Part shown: one piece after another, positions 20,307-30,999 of the stretch
Layout: each line of letters starts with the position of its first letter
Numbering within the stretch: position 1 is the stretch's first letter
Assembly (NCBI GenBank): GCA_965240325.2
Contig: OZ251225.1
Location: forward strand, 3,658,001-3,722,000
Reading direction: 5' to 3'
Length of the DNA stretch: 64,000 bases
From: Rebecca billardiae RCC1528
Taxonomy: Eukaryota; Protista; Haptophyta
Position numbers and translations under genes: made by a program
Notes under the pieces: model-generated
Databases searched by the model: none
Seen by the model: only the letters and a program-made list of their open reading frames with translations
What the model was told of the DNA's origin: nothing

Positions 20307-22912
20307 GGCGGCGCAGCGCCAACGCGCCCCCGCCCCGCGCCCACGCGCCGCACTGGCGCCCTGCGCCGTGCGCGCTGCTCCGCCGGCGCATCGCCGACGT
20401 CCGGCCCCACCTGGCGCCGTACAATCTCGGCGCGCAGCGTGGAATCGCGCGGCAGCTGCACGACGCCGCCTCCCAGCGCCGTAAAGTCCGCAGTGTTGCC
20501 GCGCTGCGAGTAGTGGAACTCGATGCCTGCGTCCGCGCAGTGCTCGACCGACAGCAGCGGCGCCGTGACGCGCCGCGACGCCCACGCCTCGATCTCGAGC
20601 GTGAGGACCTTGTCGCTGTCGTCGTCCGCCGCAAGCTTGACCACCAGGGTCCCGCGGTGAGTGACCCGCTCCCGCGCACCGTTCCCCCACTCGATCTGAC
20701 ATGCGCCGTCCACCGGGGTAAGATTCGTCAAATCCTCGGCCATGGCGATGTTCTTCCGTGCGCCAGTGTCAAACACCAACGCCCGCGTGTTGTCCTCCGG
20801 CGGCGCCACGCGTGCCTCGGCCGCCCGCGCCGCGACGATCTCGATGTCCTCGTCGCGCTGCGCCCTGCCGCCGATAGCCGCGCCAATAGGCGCCAAGCCG
20901 AGTCCGGCGCCGGCGCCGCCGCCGTCTCCGGCGTCAGCATCACCGTCGCCACCAACGGCGCCGTCGGGCTCGTCACCCTGCTCGGGTGCGAACGCGACCT
21001 GCGTGCGGACCGTGCCGCCGCCGTTGCCATTCCCGACCACGGCGCGGGTGCTGCCCCCCGCACCACCGCCGCCACCGCCGCCGCCGCTCCGATGTGAGCC
21101 ACGGCTGCGATCCGACCGCGTCGACGCCGCGTCATCGCCAGCGTTCGAGTCGCGATCAGCCTGCGTCACCTGCGGGCAGTAACGCTTGATATGCCCCACG
21201 GCGCCGCACTTGTAGCAGCGCGGCCCGTGCGCGTCGTCGGAGTCGTCCTGGCCTCCGCGGCCGGCGCCGCTGCCAGTGCCGCCGCCGCCACCGCCACGAC
21301 CTCCGCCGCCGCCACCACGGCCAGCCGGCGACGTCGTGTCGCCGCCGCCGCCACCCGCCGACGCCGCCGCCGCCTGCGCCAGGCGGAGCCCGTCGATTGG
21401 GTGCGCGCGGGTAGCGCCGCCGCCTCCTGGCGTGCGGCCACCCGCCCCTGGGCGCCCAGGGCCCCCGCGGTCAACCCGCTTGCCCTTGGAGAAGTCCCAG
21501 TCCTCGAACTTGCCGTTGAGCTCGTGCACGAGCTCCTGCACGTCGAAGTTCGTCACGGTCCTGTAGTCCTTCGACTCGTACCGCGTCCGCATCTCGATGC
21601 CCGCGCCCACCGACGGAATGAACTCGATGAGCCGCGCAAGCATCTCCGCCGCTGGCGCTGCGTCACTCAGCTCCTGCAGCAGCACGTGGTTGTGCTGTAG
21701 CACCTGGAAGAGCTCGAGGGCGCCGACGCCGTCCTTGCCACAGTCCGGCAGGACCGTCCGATGCCAGCGTGCCCGCACCGACATGTACTTCCGCATGTCG
21801 TCGGGCTTGCGCATGCGCAGGATCGTCTTCCACAGGTACAGAAACTCGCGCCCCGGCGTAAGTGCGCCCCGGCGCGCGCGCTCCTCCTGCACCTCCGGCT
21901 GCGTCTCCATGAGGCGGTTGATGTGCTGCCACGCAGCCTCCGTCACCCACGACCGCAGCTCGGTGCGTAAGAAAGCCGTCCCCTTCTCGTACTGCGCCCC
22001 GGCGTACTTGGCGGGGTCCGCCTCGTCGCCGTCCGGCGCTGCCTCCAACACGCTCTGTCGGAGCTTGATGTCCAGCATGGCATGCTCGCTCGCCTGCCGC
22101 TCATACATCTGTTCCTCGGTCTCGCGCTCGCGGCGGTAGAGCTCGCGCGCGCGCGGATCGAGCGTCACGGCAGCGCCGCCCGCGGGCGCCGCGCCACCGA
22201 TCCCGCCGGCGCCGCCCGTAGGCGCTGCGCCGACGCTGGCGCCGCCCGCAGGCGTCGCGCCGTCAGTCCCAGCCGGCGCACCTGCCGCGCCGCCTGTGCC
22301 CACACCCGGACCGGGTGTGCCGGCCGCCGGACCCGGAGAAATTCCGGATCCGCCGCCCGCCGCCGGACCTGAACCCGGTCCGGTCGCCGTCGGGCCGCCC
22401 GGAGTGGCTAAACCACTCCCCGCGCCCGCCGAGGCAGCCTGCGCGTAGCTTGGCGCCTGCCTCGCCCCCGCCGCCGCCGCCGCGCGTTCCGCCGCGGCCC
22501 GGCGCTCGGCGTGCTCGCGGCGCTCGTGCTCGTGGCGATGGTCGAGCAGCCGCTGCTGCAGCGCGTAGTTCTCACGCGCCAGGTCCATCCGCTCGGCACT
22601 GACCTTGATCATCTTCGCCGCGGATGGGTTGAATGTCTCCCACGTCGAGTTGTACTCCTCGAGCGTGTTGATGCGGTGCTCCGCGTTCGGGCCGTGCGTC
22701 ACGATGATGCCGTTCAGTGCGGACATCGTAGCACCTTGCCCCGCCGGAAGCGCCGCCAGCTTGCTCGCCGATTGTGCGAGCCAACGCTGCTGAATCCCCT
22801 TGTCGTTGAGGCTCCCAACGTCGACCGAGCCGTAGTACCGGCCGCTCGTGCTCATCGGCGCGATCGATGAGAAAGCGCCGCGCGTACGATCCCTCCCGAT
22901 CGCTGCATGCAT
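20294..22912 (-). CDS. Copia gag-protease ORF
   Basis: Zinc knuckle CYKCGAVGHIKRYC and aspartic protease VFDTGA...WGNG...LLSV. The ORF ends PPPNA* just after the slippery heptamer. An alternative start is at 22855. Confidence 0.9.
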   Translation of the reverse strand: MHAAIGRDRTRGAFSSIAPMSTSGRYYGSVDVGSLNDKGIQQRWLAQSASKLAALPAGQGATMSALNGIIVTHGPNAEHRINTLEEYNSTWETFNPSAAKMIKVSAERMDLARENYALQQRLLDHRHEHERREHAERRAAAERAAAAAGARQAPSYAQAASAGAGSGLATPGGPTATGPGSGPAAGGGSGISPGPAAGTPGPGVGTGGAAGAPAGTDGATPAGGASVGAAPTGGAGGIGGAAPAGGAAVTLDPRARELYRRERETEEQMYERQASEHAMLDIKLRQSVLEAAPDGDEADPAKYAGAQYEKGTAFLRTELRSWVTEAAWQHINRLMETQPEVQEERARRGALTPGREFLYLWKTILRMRKPDDMRKYMSVRARWHRTVLPDCGKDGVGALELFQVLQHNHVLLQELSDAAPAAEMLARLIEFIPSVGAGIEMRTRYESKDYRTVTNFDVQELVHELNGKFEDWDFSKGKRVDRGGPGRPGAGGRTPGGGGATRAHPIDGLRLAQAAAASAGGGGGDTTSPAGRGGGGGGRGGGGGGTGSGAGRGGQDDSDDAHGPRCYKCGAVGHIKRYCPQVTQADRDSNAGDDAASTRSDRSRGSHRSGGGGGGGGAGGSTRAVVGNGNGGGTVRTQVAFAPEQGDEPDGAVGGDGDADAGDGGGAGAGLGLAPIGAAIGGRAQRDEDIEIVAARAAEARVAPPEDNTRALVFDTGARKNIAMAEDLTNLTPVDGACQIEWGNGARERVTHRGTLVVKLAADDDSDKVLTLEIEAWASRRVTAPLLSVEHCADAGIEFHYSQRGNTADFTALGGGVVQLPRDSTLRAEIVRRQVGPDVGDAPAEQRARRRAPVRRVGAGRGRVGAAPPPNA
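20300..20306 (-). other. Putative -1 programmed ribosomal frameshift heptamer C CCA AAC
   Basis: The minus strand reads ...CCC CCA AAC GCC TAA. The X XXY YYZ pattern is phased in the gag-PR frame, and the -1 frame (CCC AAA CGC) is the open integrase frame. Confidence 0.75.
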
Positions 22913-23606
22913 ATTGGGTAAACGCGAGCTCCGAGCGTCTCGAGCCCTGCTAAAAGCTCACCGGCACGTCCTCGGGCGCGTCGTCGGTGACGCCCACGAA
23001 GCCAATCTCGACCCTCGCTCCTCTGACGAGCGAAGCTAATCCTCCTGCCGAGCTCTTTTCGGCTCCGGCGGGGTGACCCGGCGTTTGCTGGCCCGGCTCG
23101 GGGAATCTCAATGATTCCGAGCCGCACGCCCCGTGCGTCAACCAATCACAGGTGTTCCCGACGCACCGCCGTAACTGCTGGTCGCACACGGTTTCTGGAT
23201 CCGTGTACCCGTTGAATCCGGACGTCCTCGTCCGTGATGAATTTCTGGATGAAACGGTCGTGTTTGCGTTCTCGAGAACTCCAACACGCTTCCACGATGG
23301 CGGCCGGGCCATGCCCGTGCGACGTCACCGTGCCGCGCTGCGCCGGGCCGTACCGCCCGCGCACGCGCCGCGTCCGTGTCGCTCCGCGTCCGCGCTGCCG
23401 CGTCCGCGCTCCGCGTCCACGTCGATCCGCGCCAGCGCTGCTGCGCTCGCGCTCCTGCCGCCGCGCGCGCCGCGCGCGCGCGCCGCCAGAGCCAGCCACT
23501 GCTCCGTAGCTGATGCCGCCGGCCCGCCTGGTGCGGCGCCGGCCCTGACGTCCCAGCGGCGACGCCATCTGCTGAGATGCGCGCCCCAGGCTGCGTCAGC
23601 TCAACA
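22912..23606 (-). repeat. 5' LTR
   Basis: Direct repeat of 16261-16955. Confidence 0.95.
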
Positions 23607-23620
23607 TATATATATATATA

Positions 23621-24182
<562 letters not shown>

Positions 24183-24497
24183 AGTAAGCAAGCAAGCTGT
24201 AGCAGCAGATCGAGCAGCAGAGACAAACACCAGTGTCAGACTGGGCACCAGTCCTCGGAGACACCGTTCCACAGGAGTCGCGGGTAAGTTTCCGCATCTA
24301 CCCGTACGTACCGGCGGAGGCACGATCCGGCACTATCTCGGCCAGTCCGGAGCCCCAAACTCCCTGGGGCTGGGAGTTTGGGGCTGCCTGGCCCATCATC
24401 CGATGTGATGTGACCGATCCGTCCGCCTGCCCCTTCGGGGCGGTCTTAGCCCCGCCTGGTCGCTTCCGGTGGACCTATCGCCCACACGCGCGGTAGT

Positions 24498-24541
24498 GTA
24501 TGTATGTATGTATGTACGTATGTATGTATGTATGTATGTAT
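24498..24541. repeat. (GTAT)n microsatellite
   Basis: Directly visible. Confidence 0.95.
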
Positions 24542-25588
24542 TACTAATTGACCGGTAGCACGGAGTCGGTAATTGTGTGAGTAGCACGAGTCGTAGTTGA
24601 TCTCGCAGCCTGCCTGAGCTGTGTGCGTCTCTTATTCTTAGTAAACTGTATAGTATAGTAAGTAGCTAGTCAGACAGTAAGTCGGCGGCCCGCGCTGAGT
24701 AGTTAGTACGGCCCGGCGGCTGTATTGGTATCATAGTCCCGTGGCGCCGCCGGCACGGCCGCGCCGAAACTCAGAGTCCGACCGAACTGTCAGCGGACAG
24801 TGAGGGTGACGGCGAGCAGGCCTTCGATCTGAGTAGTTGCTTCACCAGCATCATTGAGGATGTACTAGTTACTTGCACACTGCGACAGTGATGTTTACAT
24901 GTTACTTGCGCCACGGTCACACACAGACGACAGACGATTCACAGCCGCGGCAATGCCGCCGCGATAACTATACTGCATACAGTATCAGACTATATTGACA
25001 TGGCGCCATATAGGTAACAGCCCGCGCGGGCGGCAACTCTGCTGCGCTCAGTAGTTACAGTCAATTGAATGATGACTCGTCAGTGTCAGTTACGTATTCT
25101 CGACTCGTCGACTGCTATAGCTAGCTACGGTATAACTTAATTCTGACATACTACGACGCGCCGATGATGAACTTCGATCGACGCGATCGACCGACGACAA
25201 CTCGTCCGCCGGTCTCGTCCGGACTACTACAGTCGCGCCGCGCATCACAGCACGGAAGTGAAAGTCGTCAAGGCTTCTCACGACTCACGGTAAGCTAGGG
25301 TCTACGACAACGGATCGGGATCAGATAGTAGTATCGTCGCGTCATATCATCACGTCGCGTGACGACGACGAATTATTTATATTGACGACGATCTATGACA
25401 AGCTGCACTACGTCGTCACGACTAAACTGGCATCGTCACGACCGGTGTGAGGTGGCATTGCTTCAACTTCAACGCATCATCACGAAGCCTAGAGCTGGCG
25501 TCTGAGACGCCATAACTGCATAAGGGGCAGCGGCGGCGCTTGTGTCGTCGCCGGGCACGTGGCTCGACAGCAGCGCCGATCAGCCGGC

Positions 25589-26668
25589 TCAGCCGGCCGA
25601 CGGGCATCCGCGCTTGGGCTGCAGCTGCATCCCTCGCCGCGATAGCTCGGCCTCGATCCCGTCCAGGTGCGCAAGGCCCACCACAGCCACCAGCCGCTGC
25701 CCGCCCGCCTTGTCGATCGAGTTGGCCATGTACTGGTCGCGGTCGGCGATGAGCGCGCGATGCAGCGCGGGCGCGGCCTCCTTGAACGAGGCCACCACCG
25801 CGCGCGTGTTCTCGCGCTCTTTCAGCGCCTGCACGGCCGCGCTCACAGCGGCGGCGTCGAGCGAGTCCGCGCCGGCACCGAGCGCGCCCGCCGGTGCGAG
25901 CGCGCGCGCGGCATCGGCGGGCGCGCCCTGCGGGAGCTCGGGCGCCGGCGCGGTGAGGAGCGCCTTGAGGTCCGTTTGCCCCAGTGCGTCACGCAGAGCG
26001 TCGAGTGTCGTGCGCACGTCCTGGTCCCCGAGCACCACCTGCGCCCCCGTGTCGAGCGCCTCCGCCACCGCCGTCCTGAACTCATCGCCCGCCTCAAAGC
26101 CCAGCCCCTCGAGGGAGGAGTACATGTTGGAGAGCGAGCGGCCGATGGCGTTGGACTGCGCGCGCTTCAGACGGTCGGGAAGGGAGCCGGGGCGCATCAG
26201 GTCCTGCGCAAAGCCCTGAACCACGCCCTGCTCCTTCGAAGGGCCACCGCCGCCGCCGTCAGCCGCGGCAGCGGTCGCGCTGCTGGCCGCGGCCGCTGCC
26301 TGCTGCTTCTGCGCATCCTTCGCGAGTAGTGACTCGAGGCGCGGGCGGTCGAGCTCGACCATCACGACGTCGGGGCGCACCTCACGGATGAGCGAGCGCA
26401 CCAGCTCCGCCGAGTCGCGAGAGATGTGCGCCGTGCCGCACATCCACACGCGCCTGCCCGAGGCGTCGCGCAGCATGTCCACGGCCTGGTCACACACCGG
26501 CGCGCCAACCGCAGCGGCTGCCGGCAGCACGGGGACGCCGTGCAGGACCGAGGACGCGCCAAGCGCACCACCGTACTGCACGACCGCGCGCCGCGTGCGC
26601 GGCGCTGGCGCGGCGTGCGCGCAGCACGCCACCAGCGCGAGCAGCCCAGCGCACGCGCGTGCAGCCAT
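25589..26668 (-). CDS. TraB/PrgY-family protein, probably plastid-targeted
   Basis: Motifs GTAHIS, VRPDVVMVELD..R, G.EF..A, VVLGDQD, LIADRDQYMA and VAVVGLAHLDGI. N-terminal signal peptide. Confidence 0.9.
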   Translation of the reverse strand: MAARACAGLLALVACCAHAAPAPRTRRAVVQYGGALGASSVLHGVPVLPAAAAVGAPVCDQAVDMLRDASGRRVWMCGTAHISRDSAELVRSLIREVRPDVVMVELDRPRLESLLAKDAQKQQAAAAASSATAAAADGGGGGPSKEQGVVQGFAQDLMRPGSLPDRLKRAQSNAIGRSLSNMYSSLEGLGFEAGDEFRTAVAEALDTGAQVVLGDQDVRTTLDALRDALGQTDLKALLTAPAPELPQGAPADAARALAPAGALGAGADSLDAAAVSAAVQALKERENTRAVVASFKEAAPALHRALIADRDQYMANSIDKAGGQRLVAVVGLAHLDGIEAELSRRGMQLQPKRGCPSAG

Positions 26669-26798
26669 GATGAGCCAGCCCGTCGCGCGAATCCCGTTCG
26701 CTGAGGTTGGCTGAGGCTCCTTGCTGGGCCGAGTCTGAAGAACAGTGTCTCACGCCCGCACGCGTGCCACGAACTGCACTGGGCATCCATCGTGCACG

Positions 26799-27503
26799 AT
26801 GCAGACGACGGTGCCGCACTTCGTCACGGGTGACTTCACGTCGCACCGCAAGTTCCTTGCCGACAAAGAGTACGGCGATGCTCTCGACTCTATCGTGAAG
26901 GGCTGCACGGACATGCTCATCGTCTCCGCAGACGGCGCCAAGCTCCTGCTTGGCAAGCGTCTCGTGCACCCGCAGCCGGACTGGTGGTTTGTCGGCGGGC
27001 GAATGATGCCTGGCGATACGCCCAAGTCGTCGTGCGCGCGCCTTCTCCGTCGCGAGCTCGGCCTCGAGGTGCAGCCCGATCGCCTCTCATTCGTCTGCTC
27101 CGCCAGCCTCGCATGGGCGATGCGCGAGCAGGCGCCGCAGACCAACGGCACAACGGACGTGCAGCTGGTGCTCTCGATGCAGGCAACGCAGGAAGAGATG
27201 GCCGCCATCAAGCTCGACGAGAAGGAGTACTCCGACTCGCAGTGGATCGCGCCTCAGGACGTGCTCGCGGGCGATTACCACCCGGCGCTCAAGCACGCAT
27301 GCGGCGCGCTTCTCGCCGGCCGTGTGATGGCTGAGCTCGAGCGCACCGCAGCTGCTCCGCCCTCACCCGAATCGGATGCACAGCTCGCGAAGCTCGCACG
27401 CGAGCTTGTCGCGCTGCGTTCGCCGCCCCCGGCTGGGGTCAGCAGCTACCGCGTGCGATGCGCGGAGCTCTCGTATGATGGGGCGGTGAACGTCACGCTG
27501 TGA
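26799..27503 (+). CDS. Nudix hydrolase (GDP-mannose mannosyl hydrolase-like)
   Basis: LLLGKR...PQPDWWFVGGRMMPGDTPKSSCARLLRRELGL is a variant Nudix box, followed by LDEKEYSDSQW. Confidence 0.8.
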   Translation: MQTTVPHFVTGDFTSHRKFLADKEYGDALDSIVKGCTDMLIVSADGAKLLLGKRLVHPQPDWWFVGGRMMPGDTPKSSCARLLRRELGLEVQPDRLSFVCSASLAWAMREQAPQTNGTTDVQLVLSMQATQEEMAAIKLDEKEYSDSQWIAPQDVLAGDYHPALKHACGALLAGRVMAELERTAAAPPSPESDAQLAKLARELVALRSPPPAGVSSYRVRCAELSYDGAVNVTL

Positions 27504-28761
27504 AGATGCACGGGCTGCACCGCAGCCTAAACAGCCCAGAACAGGCGGTACTCGTCACTCTCAGAGATTATCATTATTCATGTCATTATTAGCAGGCTCC
27601 GAGCTGTTTCGATCCGCCACAACTCCCAGAGGAGGGGCAGCCTCCAACGCCGCGCGGTGACCCATTGCACTTTGCAGCCACGCCCGGGCCGCCGCCAGCC
27701 CGCGGGTGCAGCCAGCGAGCGCGCGGCCTACGCGCACCGGGTCCGCCGTCCGGGACGGGCCACGCGCATCGCCCGCCGTAGTGCGGGCGTAGTGACTAGT
27801 GGCTGACGACGCGGTAAGCTATAGTGCCCTTATTGCCGCCAGCTGCACGGCCGTGCTGGCGATCCGCGCCCCGCCCAGGCCGGGCCTGGCTCAGCTTGAT
27901 GACTGACCGGAAAGCCTCCAGGCAGCCGGACTCTGGCTGCCAGCCCGCCCGAGGGCGCCAGGTCACGCGGAGGGCTAACGGTGACGGTGTCAAGTTATAC
28001 CCGCTTAATCAAACCGCCGAGCTGGTTATTCGATCGACCGAAACGTTTCCGCCGACCGTTATTGACGATACGTTGTAGCTAGACTCCGTAGTACTAGCTT
28101 ACTGCTAGCTAATAGCAGGTCTCAGAGTAATAAAAGATGTCGTCATCATCATATATAGTAGTATATCGATCGCGTTTGCGGGGTCGTAGCTATACCTATA
28201 CAGTCATCACTGCTAGAGGCTGCTATATCACTTCGGAGTGCTGCCGACTCCCGCGGCTGCCGCCGGTCCTGATGACTTCCGCCGTACTCACGGCGTACTG
28301 CTGTAGGTAATGCTGCGGCGCAGACTAAGTGAGTAAGACCTGACGCGCGAGACCGCGCGCCGCGCGGCTCCGATTCGAGGCTTTAATCGAGGCGGCTACT
28401 GACTCGGTCTCGGGGCGGCCGCGCGCAGCATCAATCTGCCATCATTGTCACTGATTGCAGCTAACTAGCTAGCTCTAGTTACAGCCTCCGCAACTCGGTC
28501 CAACGGGCCAACGGACCCCGGGCCCGGCGCCCCCGGGCCCGGGGGCCCACTGAGTCGTCATGCGCAGTTGCGAAACCCTGATTGATGAGTGATCGGATGA
28601 GGCGAGGACTCCGCAGCTGAAGTCGTCAGTCAGTCTCAGGCGGGCCGTCGCCGCCGGTCGCGCCGGCCGCCGGCCTCCAGGGAGTCGGGGGTCGGCAGGA
28701 CCGTCGCCGGGGGACGAGGCTGCCCGCGGCGGGCGTGACGAAACCGAACAGTTGGCACTGA

Positions 28762-28857
28762 TGTTAGAGGAGTTGAAGACCCGCGAGACGACTGGGCTAA
28801 ACGGTTCGCGCGAACCGTTTAGCTCAGTCGTCTCGCGGGTCTTCAACTCCTCTAACA
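28762..28857. mobile_element. 96-bp near-perfect palindrome with TGT...ACA termini (Ginger-like MITE?)
   Basis: TGTTAGAGGAGTTGAAGACCCGCGAGACGACTGGGCTAAACGGTTCGC|GCGAACCGTTTAGCTCAGTCGTCTCGCGGGTCTTCAACTCCTCTAACA, with one G/T mismatch. GGCAC occurs on both sides. Confidence 0.8.
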
Positions 28858-29228
28858 GGCACGCTTACCGCTTAGTGGCGCCCGCTGTGATTTGACACTG
28901 TGAAGTCACTCAACCGCGGGCCGCAGCATCGGGCGGCGCCGCATTCAGGCCGGCGACGACGTCGACGGTCGCGGGCCGAGTCCGGGCCGCTCATCAATCA
29001 TCATCATAACGTTCATCATCATTGGCGGCATATGGAGCCTGGCGGATGCACGGAAAGTCTGGAATGATGATAGCTCCGACGGCGAATTCATCCTGACTGA
29101 CAATCCGACTGGCGACTGCCGCGGTACTCCGCGGCACGGACTGGGCTCGGGTCAGTTCATGGCCAGCTGACGATGTCAACATTGATGGGTCGGGCCCTGC
29201 CCCACGTGGCGGTACGCGGACCATCACC

Positions 29229-29621
29229 CTACGTTCGGTACGGCACGAGTAGGTCTGCGGCGAGGCTAGCTGCGTCCTCGGTCGCCCCCGACTGCCCATC
29301 GGCCTGCGCACGGCACACACTCGAGTCCACAAAGTTGTAGTCTGCACACGGGTTCAACACGCCATCTGTGGAGACATAGGCCTCGGTGAGAGGGACTGAA
29401 TTGCCAAAGAGGTTCAAGAACGCCGAGCCACCGGTGAAGGCTGTCGCGTCCCCAAACTGTGCGCTCTTCAGCGAGCCCTCTGGCGTGGGCGCCCAGTCGT
29501 ATCCATAGTCGACCGAGTAGTTGACGCCCGCTGACATGCCTGACTCGCGATCACCCAGGAAGTAGTAGGTGTCCTCCATCTTGCCGAGCTCGGGCTTTTC
29601 GCGCAGGAACGGAGTCCCCAT
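29229..29621 (-). CDS. Hypothetical protein (~130 aa)
   Basis: Complex, aromatic-rich sequence (MGTPFLREKPELGKMEDTYYFLGD...YGYDW), unlike the GC-driven shadow ORFs. No family recognised. Confidence 0.55.
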   Translation of the reverse strand: MGTPFLREKPELGKMEDTYYFLGDRESGMSAGVNYSVDYGYDWAPTPEGSLKSAQFGDATAFTGGSAFLNLFGNSVPLTEAYVSTDGVLNPCADYNFVDSSVCRAQADGQSGATEDAASLAADLLVPYRT

Positions 29622-29973
29622 GGCGCCCCGGTACCGACGCCGGGCGCTACGGCGCGCCCGACAGATGCGACGCGGTGCCGCGTGCACCGGCCGCGCCTAA
29701 AATGACGATGGCGGTCGGAGTCGTCCTGCTGACCCATTCTATGATTTAACGACACAGGTAGGACGGCGCAGGTCTCCTGATTCGTCGTCGGCAGTGCCCG
29801 ATCGTCGACACGAAGTCGGCGCTGGTGGCAGAGCATAGCCTGAACCGCGATCGAATGGCTTGAGCGCGGCCTTGAGCTGCTGGAGCGCGATCCACCTGCG
29901 CTGCGCGGCTCGCATGGACCTGCTGTGCGCCGAGCGAGGGCGAGGGTGCAGGTCCGGATGTCAGACGGCCGTC

Positions 29974-30759
29974 TCAGCCGCTGGGCCCTGGCGGGTGATC
30001 CGGCGGTGATGTAGTCGTCCCCGTGTGCCCTGCGCGGCCGCGTGCGCGCTTGCCGCTCTGCTCAGCTGGCTTGCTGGCGGCGGCTGGCGCTGCTGCGGCG
30101 TGCAGGGTACGCTTTGCCCCCGACTGCTGCGCATCCTCGTCGTCCGAGTCGTCGTCCATGGACGAGTCTCGGTCCGCGTGGGGGACAGCAGCTGGAGCAG
30201 GCGCAGGTGCTGCGGGCAGAGAGGCCGCCAGCCGCGCCGCCTTGCGCTCCTGGCGTTTCTCGACGGCGCGCCGCGACGAGGTGCGGCGGCTCGATGGAGA
30301 TCGAATCCGCCTGCCTTGCGCGTCACGCCGAGGCCCGCGCTTCCCGCGCCGAGGCTTCTTCTTCCGCTTCTGAGAGTGCTGCTGCTCGCCGTTTGCAGCC
30401 TGCACTCCAGTACCCGAGCCCTGCGCGGCGAGCGCGCGCGCCGGCGGAGCCGACTTGCGCGCTCGGCGCGGGGCGGGATGCAGGGGAGCTTTAGAAGGCG
30501 CGCCACCACCTCCCTCGCGCCGCTGGCTGCCACCAGCGGGGGTTCCCTGTGGAGAAGCATCAGGCCCTTGTGCATCAGGCGGACGCACAGACACCGTCAG
30601 ACGGACACTCCCATCTGGCAGGAGGGAGATGTGCACCGCGCGCGGGAGGCCGTCGGCGGCGGTGAGCCTTGCTGCGTCACGCCAAAGGCGGACGTAGAGG
30701 CGCACCCAACGATCCGACAGCCCCTCGGGCAGCAGCGCAGTCACGTCGAGGTCGTCCAT
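29974..30759 (-). CDS. Hypothetical basic protein (possible retroelement ORF1-like remnant)
   Basis: MDDLDVTALLPEGLSDRWVRLYVRLW... followed by a Lys/Arg-rich KRKKKPRRGKRG patch and an acidic patch. No family recognised. Confidence 0.35.
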   Translation of the reverse strand: MDDLDVTALLPEGLSDRWVRLYVRLWRDAARLTAADGLPRAVHISLLPDGSVRLTVSVRPPDAQGPDASPQGTPAGGSQRREGGGGAPSKAPLHPAPRRARKSAPPARALAAQGSGTGVQAANGEQQHSQKRKKKPRRGKRGPRRDAQGRRIRSPSSRRTSSRRAVEKRQERKAARLAASLPAAPAPAPAAVPHADRDSSMDDDSDDEDAQQSGAKRTLHAAAAPAAASKPAEQSGKRARGRAGHTGTTTSPPDHPPGPSG

Positions 30760-30999
30760 GCGAGCGTCGCCATGTACACGTGGACAGGAAGTTTCCACGA
30801 CGTGCAATAATCGCGATCTGCCTAGTGCCAGCTTTTCAGAAACAGTCTGAAGTCTGAACTCTGAACTCGCCGTAGAATGATCCAAGCAAGGGAGGTTGAA
30901 TGATCTATCCCCAAGCCGGGGGGCGGAGGAGGAACGGCGAGCGAGCGACCCTTGGGCGTAAGCCGCAGCAGCCTTTGTGGCCACGGCGAGCCTTCACCC

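Larger units (their letters stand above)
16261..23606 (-). mobile_element. Full-length Ty1/copia LTR retrotransposon (7346 bp)
   Basis: 695-bp LTRs at 16261-16955 and 22912-23606 give identical ORF-track translations. TATAT flanks both ends (TSD inside a TA tract). A PPT (GAGGGGGGG) precedes the 3' LTR. Domain order is gag-PR-IN-RT-RH. Confidence 0.97.
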
